Part shown: in pieces, positions 13,653 through 24,276 of the stretch | How the letters are laid out: the number at the start of each line of letters is the position of its first letter | Numbering within the stretch: position 1 is the first letter of the stretch | Assembly (NCBI GenBank): GCA_973895155.1 | Contig: OZ316899.1 | Span: 310,001 to 374,000, forward strand | Reading direction: 5' to 3' | Source of the DNA: Marsupella aquatica | Taxonomy: Eukaryota; Plantae; Marchantiophyta | Length of the DNA stretch: 64,000 nucleotides | Notes under the pieces: generated by a model | What the model saw: the letters and a program-made list of their open reading frames with translations, nothing else | Databases searched by the model: none | What the model was told of the DNA's origin: nothing | Made by a program: the position numbers and the translations under genes

Positions 13653-14671
13653 CATGCAAAAGGGGTGGTTAGCGGAGGGGGCGGTCAAATAGCCGCACAA
13701 CATAGCCAAGGGACAGGAGCATCTTTTGAGTTAACCGTAGTGACAGAATAACTATCATTAGGCGTCAATTAGCGACATGGTAGATAGATTAGGACAAAAT
13801 CAGTTAGTACCTTAGGCATAGGATAGATGTCAGCTAACAAGTTAGAACTGGTTGACAATAAGACCAAGGAATTAGCATCACCGTCAATGACCCCAGCCAC
13901 TGATGGTCAACGAGGTTAGTAGGTTGTCGGTCAACCGCATTAATAGGTAGTTAGTCAGAGGTTTTCCGGGGAAGGTAGCATCTCCCCGGCCCTTGGCAAA
14001 TAGTATTTAGGTTCCCCCTTCCGTTTAGGTGGGGGGAGGCTTATGTTTTAGTTCAGTGAGATAAGCTTGTAGGGTGCCTGGGGAGTCCCAGCCTGAGTAA
14101 GATTAGAGAGCATTGAGGGGCAAGAGCCAGAGTCGAGCCTGCTGGGCAAGTGCGAGGCAGGGTCTCATAGAGACTAGGCATTGACTGTCGTAGGCCTACT
14201 GATTGCTTGGAAGTCGAGTCAACTATGTACATGCAACTTTCTCTCTGAGTAAAACTTACCAGTCTTTCCCTCTGATCTTTGCAAATGTTCTATGTATGAG
14301 GCATAACTGGTCCTTGACAAAGGCACTATTTCAAGGGACATACCAGGTGAGGACTAATGGTTGGGATTGTAAGAAAGTGTATGCTGATTACGTTGCAAGT
14401 TCTGGTCGTGGCAATGGCTTGAAAGTCCACAAGCCGGGAGTTAGTCTGAGTCATTAACTATGGGTGTGTTCCAGTGATGGAAACCAAATATACCTATGAT
14501 GTCCGTAAATACATAATATTTTGCTGATATATATAGTCCAACTTAGGCTAAAACCGGGGCCACTACACCCCTCCTTGCCCCTCACCCTTACTGGTGGTTG
14601 TGCGTACGCCAATGAGTTAACTCGGATTTAAGGCCCGGGTTATTGGTGCGACATATAGGCCCCCGGTTTTT

Positions 14672-14690
14672 TGGCGCTAGATGGAGGGGG
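14672..14690 (+). promoter_or_regulatory. Primer-binding site, probably tRNA-Asn(GUU)
   Basis: TGGCGCTAGATGGAGGGGG is near-complementary to the plant tRNA-Asn 3' end (...CCCCUCCUUCUAGCGCCA, recalled from memory). Confidence 0.7.
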
Positions 14691-15688
14691 CACTCATTTT
14701 GCCTTACAAGTGGAGCAGTGCAGTGATTTATTAACATATAGTTGTGTATTGTGCGGTATGGAAGGGGGCATGCCCCTTACCCGCTTGCGATCTGCATATT
14801 TACATCGTACAGAATGAGCGTCAAGTTCAGAAGGGGGCAACGCCTTATCGAAAGCAGGGAGCAAAGCCGCCCCCAAGGGAGTGAATAAGTGGTGGACCTT
14901 GCCACCCAACACCCTCACCTATCACAGCACGCACGCCTAAGTGCCCTTGGTGCCCGAATGCCTCCACAAAATACCTCGAGCAAGCAACTTAGTGCCCCTT
15001 GGACCACCAGCGGCCCCTCCCATACAAAGCCGCACTTGCCCTCTAACACGACCGCTACTCAACAGTCCTCACTGTCTGCACAAGCAACCAAGCGTCTTGA
15101 TAAGTAACCATTCAGGATCTAGATCTCCCAAGTCTAGCATCCTAACTCAAGCTCAACAAACATTGGTAAGTAGGTTAGCGATAGGTCCTCCCGATGCCAT
15201 AAGCCGGAACCAGAACCAACACCCACTGTTCATCCATAACTACTCCTTCCTTGGGCGCAGCCCCGAGTTGCCCCTTGTACCTATCCATCACCAACCGATT
15301 GTCGTGCCTCCAGGACATGCTCATGGCCCAAATAGCGTAGCTTGTCCTAAAGCTCATCCCAAGCTTGTCCCTACACGTTGGGACTAGGATGGCCCTGACT
15401 TTAGCAACCAAATCCCGGTTCTTGCCCCACTGATGGTCTAGGGGCCAAGTACCCTTGGAACTCAACCTCCATGCCTACTTGGCATTGCCTCCCCAATGCA
15501 AGCTCCTCTGAACGCGGCTTGGCTGCTATTTTGGCAGGATTTGGCAAGCGGGCGAGATAGCACCCTCAAACCTCCCACGGACCTATCTGAGCTCGGGATG
15601 ATGTAGCCCTTCTCAAGATATTTCCAACGCACCCAAAAAGTCCCCCAATGGACTTCTTATTGGGAAGTTATCGTCGTTTTCGTTTGGC

Positions 15689-15732
15689 GTTTAGGGTTTA
15701 GGGTTTAGGGTCCTAAACCCTAAACCCTAAAC
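15689..15732. repeat. Perfect head-to-head telomeric inverted repeat
   Basis: GTTTAGGGTTTAGGGTTTAGG-GT-CCTAAACCCTAAACCCTAAAC: 21-bp arms, 2-nt loop. Confidence 0.95.
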
Positions 15733-16343
15733 TCCCCTCATATATGCTTTTGGAGTCCTGCCACCCCCGGACCAACTTTGGTCCCCAAACATTTGGCCCC
15801 CAACCTGGACCCTATCTTGCATGTCTGGGCGCGCCACCAACTAGCAACGCCCATAACTTCTCAGTTAGGCGTCCGCAAGCGGAGTGCTTTAGCCCATTGC
15901 GATCGGGCCGGCCCAGTGCTTGGGCCCTCAGATCTCATTGCCACTTGGGGCCCCCAATTGGTCAAACCCGGATCGGGCCATAACTCGTACCCAAACGTTG
16001 TCGCGAGGACTTAAAGTTAGGGGCTCCTCGGGCAAACTGTGCATTTCTGGCTGCGATTGGGACAGGCGACAAGCACTTTTCAGAGCAAACTCTCACTCCT
16101 TTATTTTTTTTACTTTTCTCACAAAGGTTACAATGGGCGCCCTCGAGTAAGCTTGGCCGCAAGAGTCTGGTAGCTGGCCCTACGGCGGGCAGCTACCTCT
16201 AACTTGTCAAGCTGAACTCCTCAAGTGACTATCTACTCAAAATCTGACGGAAAAACTCTCCTCCTTAGCTCACAAAACCAAAACTTGACTAGCTACTCCA
16301 GTAGTCTAAAACAACTCTCACGGAACTCGGGTCTGGACCAACG

Positions 16344-16489
16344 AGGCTCCAAACTTGAGAAATCCCCGCCTGGATCGATAAGGCTCCAAACTTGAGAAAT
16401 CCCCGCCTGGATTGATGAGGCTCCAAACTTGAGAAATCCCCGCCTGGATCGACGAGGCTCCAAACTTGAGAAATCCCCGCCTGGATCGA
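16344..16489. repeat. 37-bp tandem repeat, 4 copies
   Basis: AGGCTCCAAACTTGAGAAATCCCCGCCTGGAT starts at 16344, 16381, 16418 and 16455. Confidence 0.95.
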
Positions 16490-17119
16490 AAACTCCACAC
16501 CTGGATCTAACACTCGCACAGAACTCCAAAACCGCCGCACAACACTCGAGTTCCGCAGAACGGAGCGAAACTCACAAAACAAAACTCAACAGATCTCAAT
16601 AGACAATTGCTAACCTCAATGAGCCGAGGCTCAAGTCTTAAGTAGCATCGGAAACCCAACCATCCAGCCTGAGCCAGCTGCCATCAGCAAGGCTCATCCA
16701 AACTCCAAGTCTGGTGACTCACCCAAACACCAAACCTGGTGATGACAAGTCACCCAGTCACCAAACCTCAATCCATCCAACCAAGCAGCCCCTCCAAGTC
16801 AGCAAGCACGCAACCCAACCGGGAGGTCTCGCCCATCATTCCCTATAAAAGCCATTCCTGAGCCGAAATCTTTCGGCACGACAGCATCCGTTGCCCATGG
16901 CTTCAACTCCATTGGCCTTGGGCCCAAGAGGAGCTCTCACTCAAGCCCTCATAACTCAAAGTTTGTCTGGGGGTCCAAACGGTTGAGCCCAGCCCTTTTC
17001 CCCTTGACCCGACGAGCCCTCAGGTAGTCTAAGTCCTAATTGCCTGACACCAGCCTGGTGCCTTGCCTTTGCCTGTTGGTATCGAGTCCCAAGCCTTGTC
17101 AAAGATAGGACGAATGCAT

Positions 17120-17700
17120 ATGGGTAAGCATGACTCACTTCACAAATTCTTGCAGAGATTTCAAAAGGTTGCGGCCAAGATTTGACCTAAGCCCGACAAC
17201 TTGTTGTTGAGGAAATGGTTCATCAACGCACTACCTCAAAGGATGGCATTTTCAGTTATGGATAAGAAGACCACTACCTTGCACCAAGCAATCAATAGTG
17301 AAAAATCCTTCCAAGAATCACACTATGCCTCTCAGCTTAACCGCGGGACAAAGAGTAAGAAGAGCAGGAGATATCAAACCTTCAACAATTCAGACTCGGA
17401 GTACGACAAGAAGAAGAAGAAGAAGAAGAATAGAAGGAAGCAATGCAAGAAGAAAGGGAAGACGAGTTCCTCCTTGGACTCCAATTTGGAGTCTAGCAAA
17501 TCATCTCCCAACAATCCGACCACGTCTAGCTTGTCTTCTAGCGATACCAATTTAGACTCTCGATCCTTACGGAAGAAGAGGGACTCTTGAATGGGCGCAG
17601 TTAAACTTAGACCACAAGTGAAAGCCACCCTTGTCTATCCCAAGGCTGCAGAGGTGGAGAAATTGAACAAGATTATGGATCGGCAACTTGAGACTGATGA
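17120..17700 (+). pseudogene. Degenerate gypsy gag remnant
   Basis: SLHKFLQRFQKVAAKI*PKPDNLLLRKWFINALP (gag helical-domain motif) followed by a K/S-rich low-complexity tract. Confidence 0.5.
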
Positions 17701-18780
17701 AGCTGAAGAAGGTGGAAGAACTGACGGAGCTTGGTGATGGAGGTTTCCGGGTGTGTGGATGAATTTTCTTGCGTATGAGCGGCTGTTGAGCGCGTTGGTT
17801 CTCTTTTCCTGGGTGGAAAGAGCTTCTACCACATTTTGACATAGGCCAAGCTATTCCTCGACTTGGTTTCATATTGAAGGAAACTTTGAACATGTTGAGG
17901 GCGGGGAAGCTCTTCTTGATCCTGGATTTAGATCCCTATTTAAGTTGTTAAGTTACCTTGCATTTTGCGATATCTCACGTTACTGTTAGAAGCCCTATCT
18001 TTTGCACCAGAGCTAAACTAGCTAGGATTTAGTAAAGATTGTGCTTCTTGTATTGCGCCGTTACTTTTGATCGCGAGCTGATGCTATGGCGTGGTGGTTC
18101 TCTGACTTGTTTCTTTGGTGGGTTAATATGTGGTGCGCTCTATACTTTGGAGTCTTTGCTGCTACCCTTTAGCTGGACTCCCTAAATCTGTGGTGCCCGC
18201 GGAGAATAATCTATGCCTTGAAGTTTGGACTGCTCTTACGACTAACTTTGGCCTTCACTTCTTTGACACCTTATGGTGTACGTTTCATGAAGGGGCTCTC
18301 TATTTGGATGGACAATGCATGTCACTGTTGCACCTCTTGAATCACGGTCTTTGGGGAATAGTCTCTCCTCCCTCATCTGAGGTCCTCTCTATTTACTTGG
18401 TCAGTCTCTTTGACCTGAGACCCAGTAACTTTTGCTTGCTCATTTCCCAGTGGTGGATCTATGCATTTTTACAACCACGGTAGTCTCTAAGTTTTTGTCT
18501 GCATTCACCACAAGATTTCCCACGATCTTCTTGTCTCTGTACCTATGGCTGGAAGTTGTGATCTCGCACGCTCTGGCGGTTGTGGTGCGCTCATTGCTGG
18601 CTCAAGTTTGCTCAGAGACAGTTTGGTTGGACATGATGATGCCAATCGGAGGGATGCTGAGGGAGGATCGGGTCACTGGGCTTCCATGGACCCTCTTTTG
18701 GTGTCTTCTTGTGGTGAACAGCCCTCCACGCTTTTGAGCATTCCTGGCTCTGATTCTAGGGCCTGTTTTCTGGCCAGGAT

Positions 18781-19542
18781 GTGCATTCTTCATCCCTAGA
18801 CCCTTATCATTCCAGGCCACCTAGCTCTCATATTAGACCCTGGATTGAACAGAATGATAATAGGTGGTTTGGTCTTAAACCCTCCCAAGCTGGAGCAGCT
18901 GGATTTGTGAGGAGTGTTGAGATTCCTTTGGGGGATTGTATCTCCATGGATGCCCTGGAGGATCATGTGGCGACACCTTTTGAGAACCACTTTCGTGAGG
19001 ATATCGGGGACCGGAGGGAGTTGGACCCAATGAACATTGAGGATAATTTGAATAGTCAAGAATCGGGAACACTTAAGCCAAGCTCTGACACTGTGAAGAA
19101 GAAGGGATGCGTGAAGGCTCACTTGGGTGATTTGTCTAGTGAAAACCGGGCTGGCGATGTTGTTGCGGAGGTGTGTATTCCTCTGCTACATAGGATTGCA
19201 AACCTCTCAGTGGAAGATTGGCCTTCCCAATTACATACTACAATCGAATGGTCCTTAGAGGAGGCAGCTGAAATGGTCCAGGAACTTTTCAATTGCTCGA
19301 TGATGTGTTACTTTACTGATAGACCTCCTTTGCTACCTACATTCAGATTTTGGGTCAACAAGACCTTTGTCGAGGAGATGGAATGGCTTGTGACGCAAAT
19401 TAAGTTTGTAGGAAAGAAATTTTACATGGTGGTCTTCAAGCATCCTGAGCATTGGGATTTTGCACTTGCCAATGCCCCTTGGTTTGTGGACTGCAAATTT
19501 GTCTTTACATTTCCGTGGGACCCCTCTTTTGACATCAGGAAT
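18781..19542 (+). pseudogene. LINE ORF1 (DUF4283-like), split by the CACTA insertion; resumes at 30413
   Basis: KFVGKKFYMVVF...ALANAPWFV...FPWDPSFD motif before the insertion. After the right TSD the sequence gives PVWIKIP (one frameshift), the motif expected next in L1 ORF1. Confidence 0.78.
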
Positions 19543-19559
19543 CACTACAACACTATGCA

Positions 19560-20090
19560 CCTCTTTTGCGAACCACCACCCTTCGCATCATACAAAGGAA
19601 ACAAAATCCAAAATACCCAATTTGCGAACTTACTCGCATCGCAACGTCTTCGCTACTTCCCATCTCAAATTCTTCGCAAACGGCCCTTCGCAACTACTTC
19701 GCAACTTGCGATTCTAAATACGTCGCAACATCTCTGCAACGTTGCAACGGCACTGTCCTTGCAAATATTGAGAAACGACACATTTCATTATTTTGCGAGA
19801 ACAAATGAATCGCTCGCGTTGCGATAACATTTACATCGCAATTTCCGATGTTAAATTTCTCTATAACTTGCGATGCAAACAAACTCGTAAGATTGCGAGA
19901 AGCGGATGACCGCTTTGTTGCGAAGGCATTTAACTCGCAAACGTGTGGAGAGGAAGTCTTCGCTAGGGTTGTGATTTAGACAACATCGCAAGTGTTGCGA
20001 TGCGTTTCTCCTCGGAATGGTTGCGATACGTTCACCGTGGCTCTTTGAGATGGGGGTTGGTTCTCAAAAGCTTCGCAAAATGTATATTTC
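19560..20090. repeat. Left subterminal TTCGCA/TCGCAA motif array of CACTA-1
   Basis: Dense direct and inverted TTCGCA/TGCGAA/TCGCAA copies. Confidence 0.85.
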
Positions 20091-20320
20091 ATGGGTTTTT
20101 GTGTATTTGGGTTAGGGTGAGGGTGAGGGAGACCATTCATGGGTTTTGAAGGAGGGAGGAAAGTGATGTTGACCTAGTCTGCCGCAATTAAAATGGCATT
20201 ACTGAAAAAGTACAAAAGTTACAAAATGGAAGGGTAAAAACCCTTAGGTAAAGTGCCACGGCCATGCATGCTGATCGCTATACATGTGAACTCGATGTAA
20301 GTGCTCTAGCTACAACCTGT

Positions 20321-22503
20321 CTACATCGAGCTAGAAAGGAGTGTTCCTGCCCCTCCTTGCCTTCTTCCCCTTGGCCTTCTCCTTGCCCTTGTGTGCTCTT
20401 GGGGGGGTGCAACCTGGACTTCCTCCTCCTCTTGGTCATCCTCGGGGTCACCCTCCTCCTCATCCTCATCCTCATCCCCACCTCCACCGCCCTGGCTTGC
20501 CGCGCTACCACCCCCAGCACCACTGGAACGTGCTGATGCAAATGACTGGTCTCCAGTGCTAGTTGGCCTGGCTTGAGTAGCAGGAGCTGTGCTCCCCTCC
20601 CCTGTCCCCTCCACATCCTCATCACTACTATCGGTGCCACCCTCTGTATGGGAGTCACCATCCTCCCCTCCCTACTTCCATTAGCAAACCAGGGTGTCTG
20701 TTAGTCTCATATTCTTTACAAGTGTGAACAAAAGAGATATTCATTCAAAATTGCAATGAATGTAATAACCTAAAAATTCTCACCAATAATTCATCAACTT
20801 GCTGAAAGAGATGCTCCTTCCCATGTTTCTGGCCCACCTCCATCTCAGTCGCCGTAATCTTCCTCTTGTACCTCTTGTACTAAGCCAAAACAAAACCAGC
20901 ACAATTGGGTTAACACCAACCCATAACCCGATTCACATGGCTTCTAAAAATTAGGGGGTTTGTTGGGGCTGGTGGGGTGGTGCATCAAGGTTTTGGGGTT
21001 ATGGAGGGTGGCATATATGGGGAAGACCCTCAAAGAACACTTAAACGATCGGAAAATTTAAAAATTCAAATTTTTGAAATTTTGCGAAGGCGCCAGCTTC
21101 GCAATCATAAGGACAATTACGTTTGCGAAGCTGGTTGCGATGCAAACGTCTTCGCAACGCCTTCGCAAACGTAAGCAAAAAAAGGGCATAATAAGGTTTG
21201 CGAAGGATTTGCGAAGCTACCCTCATCGCAAATGTATCGCAAACTCTGTCATGGCAAAAACCCGAGAGGGAAGCAACTGTACGTGACCTAATCTGACACA
21301 ACAAGTCTAATTGTAACTACTTGGTGGAAATGCAAGAAAGAGTTGGCTCATTGCAGGTGTGTTGGAATAGGAATTGGAGTAGCAAGAAGTCAAGGGAGGA
21401 GAGGGAGGTGCACTCACGAATGCTGCTTTGAGGCCGGGGAGGCCACCTTGACCCAGCCTGTGGGTGATGTTGGGCTTGTCTCGGACTCGCTCAGCTGCCT
21501 TCAGGAACTTGTTGGGTGGATCGCCTACTTCTGCTACAACCTGCTGGAGCTGGGCTACCTTCTGCTCCATCACCTTCAGGTCCCAGACAGACTTCCCGGC
21601 CTCCTTTGCCCTTCGAGCCTTTGCCAACTTCTCTGTGAAATCATTGAGGAGCCTGGCTGCTTTCAACTTCACCTCTGTCTGGTAGAAGGCCTGCCAGATA
21701 TCTTCTGAGAATTGCAGCGGCCTCTGCAAATTCCTATACTCCTCCAAATCTCTAAGGTGAGACCTGATCTTCATTCTATCATGGTATCTAGCTTGTGACA
21801 TGGAGTTTGAAATTTTGTCAGCAAGCCACTGTGAATCCATCTCTCCTCCATTTTGAAATGCATCTTTCACCTGATTGATGACTCGCTTCTGCTCTGCCTT
21901 TGAGCGAGTGCCCCACTCGACTCCTCTTGCAAAATTTGTGGATACAATGTGCCTGATTGTGCTCTTGGCCCCATTGTAAGCAAGCTCGGTGGGAATCCCC
22001 TCATCCTCTAAAGTAATCAGAGGCAGCTTCCTCCTTGCTGCCTCCTTCTTTCTTTGCTCCTCCCTCTGTTTCCTGATCAGGTCTCTCTCATCTTTCCTCC
22101 TCTTCTTTTCCAATGCTTGAGGCGAGAGCACTCCAGCCTGAGCTCTCTCGTCCCTCTTTTGCTTCCTCTCAGCAGCCGCCTGCTCTGCTGCCTTCCTTGC
22201 ATCCTCCTCCACTGCTGCTTGCCTTGCAGTGAGACCTGCTTGCAAGGCTTGGCCCAGAAGGGCACTCAATGATGCCACCCCTGCTGGACTGGTGAAATCA
22301 ATTTGACTCAACTGTGCAACCAAAAAATGCTCATCCACAATCGCCTTCAATCGATCTCCCCCCCCTCGGTTGCCTCCGCTGCTGCCAGAAGCTCCTCCAT
22401 CACCACCAGTCCCCTCTCCGCTTGCCATCGCTCCGCCCTTGCCCTCGTTGCTCTCCTCAGGCCTGAATGAACTGAATCCGCCTTGTCCGCGCTCGGCAAT
22501 CAT
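20321..22503 (-). CDS. Intact TnpA-like second CACTA gene, 510 aa; exons 22503-21418, 20879-20784, 20671-20321
   Basis: Phase-0 GTGAGT, GTGAGA and TAG/AG junctions give 1533 nt without a stop. Coiled-coil N-terminus, WGTRSKAEQ...W..FY...ITHRLGQGG..GL..F|YKRYKRKIT segment resembling Transposase_24/TnpA, acidic tail. Family call by motif only. Confidence 0.72.
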
Positions 22504-23160
22504 AAGGATTCAAAATATTGGGCTTTGCGATTCGTTTTGCATCGCAGTTTGCGATGCATTGGCCTTCGCAAAAAGCTTCGCAAATTCTATCTTTGCGAAG
22601 CTTCAAGATTCGCAAAAGCCTTCGCTATTTGGTTTTGCCATAACCCCCGTCTCGCATGCGTATTTGATGTGTTGTTAGGGATACTAAGGGGGCTTATGAA
22701 CATTAAATGGGGTAGATGTAGAGGATTATGTTGCATTTTAGTGGGATGTGATGAGATAAGGATTGGGGGGGTTAGAAAATTGAAGGAGTTATATTGCAGG
22801 GTAAGAGGAGGGGGTTTGGCCTGGTTAGGGGAGGGTTTCTTTTGTGAAGGTTGGGCTTAGATTGGCTTAGATACGAGGGGTTTTATGTTTTGGGTTTGTA
22901 GGGGGGTTTTATTTATGAAGGTTGGGGTTATATGTATTGGAGGGTAAGAGCTAGGAGGGGTTTTATGTTTTGGGTTTTGGGGTTTAGGCCAACTTAGGAG
23001 GGTTTGAAAGAGAGGTTTCAGTTTTATAGTATCTTGGGTTACTTTTATGGTATCTTAGGAGGGTAACCAAGAGGGGTGGCATATAATTATGGTAGAGAGA
23101 AGCATAGGATGGTTGAAGGGAATTGACCATTTAGGTTTTTGCTAACTTCATTGGCTTATG

Positions 23161-24210
23161 CTTTAGAGTTCCCCAAGGGTCTATGGTGGGTTTTTATTGC
23201 ATGACACTCACCTTTCACTTGAAGCGGGATGAGGTTTTGGTTTTTATGCTAACAATTGAGGGAAATCCCATGTAATCATGATCCAGTGCAGGACCATCAC
23301 TGCTTCCTCAACTTTTGTCTAATGCATATGCATTGTGGGAACCCGGACATCTAAAAGGTATATTTAAACATGTATGTTAGCAGGGTTTGATAAAGAGATT
23401 GTTCATAAACCTTGCCCTTCTTTGTTGTGCAAGAATATCTATATGCACATGTTTGGGGGTCTACAACTTGAGAGAAGCTAATGGCTATCCAAACTTACTT
23501 TTTTGTTTCCAGTATTTTCCTCGTGCTTCTAGATTCAACTCATGTTCAATGAGCCACACGACCTACAGGCACTATTGAGTCCGGATCTCATTCAGGTAAT
23601 TATTGTCCAACTTCATTCTGGGCTTAGGCCTTTAGAGTTTTCCCAGGGGTCTAGGGTGGGTTTTTATTGCATGACACTCACCTTTCACTCGAGGGGGGAT
23701 AAGGGTTTAGGGTTTAGGGTTTTATGCTAACAATTGAGGGGAAAACCCATGTAATCATGATACAACGCAGGGCCAACACTACTACCTCAACTTTTGTCTA
23801 ATGCATATGCATTGTGGGAACCCGGGCATCTAAAAGGTATAACATCATGTATACAGTCAATGTTGTTAGTACAGATTTTTATGCTTGCCCTTCTTTGTTG
23901 TGCCATGATATATGTGGGTAAATGTCTAAGATTCCACAACTTGACGGCTGCTAATTACCATCCAAACTTACATTTTGTTTCCAGTATTTTCCTCCTACTT
24001 CTAGATTTGGCAAATGTTCCAAAGCCACGTGACCTATAGGCATTGTTGAGCCCGGGTCTCATTCAGGTAATAATCTAACCTCACTTAGGACATAGGGTAT
24101 TACAATTTTCCCAAAGGTTATAATGTGGTTTCTTCTTGCATGACACTCACCTTAATTTGGGTTTCATGCTAACAAATATAAAAGGGTAATAAAACCCCAT
24201 GTATAAACCA
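23161..24210. repeat. About 470-bp tandem duplication (2 copies plus partial third) between the divergent CACTA-1 genes
   Basis: CTTTAGAGTT..GGTGGGTTTTTATTGCATGACACTCACC at 23161 and 23630; CTCAACTTTTGTCTAATGCATATGCATTGTGGGAACCCGG in both; TCTCATTCAGGTAAT at about 23585 and 24056. Confidence 0.88.
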
Positions 24211-24276
24211 ACCTAATTGTTTTTTGAGTTCATTTTTTTTAAAATCGCTTTATATATGGCCTAATTTTTCCTAATC

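Larger units (their letters stand above)
10748..14830 (+). mobile_element. 5' fragment of an Athila-like gypsy element: about 3.9-kb putative LTR with decayed extra ORF, PBS and gag start
   Basis: Begins TGTGACAC (10748); GTGCGACA ends at 14653. PBS at 14672-14690 is identical to that at 59530. Then MPLTRLRSAYLHR, matching gag start MPVTRSQAAYLRR at 59641. LTR limits inferred, no TSD. Confidence 0.72.

Noticed and set aside
16289-16582. Repetitive ORFs (97, 78, 60 aa) as proteins
   Set aside because: Products of the 37-bp tandem repeat read in several frames.
18781-19827. 348-aa ORF as a complete novel gene
   Set aside because: Codons after 19542 are read-through into the CACTA terminus; the real frame resumes beyond 30412 as LINE ORF1.
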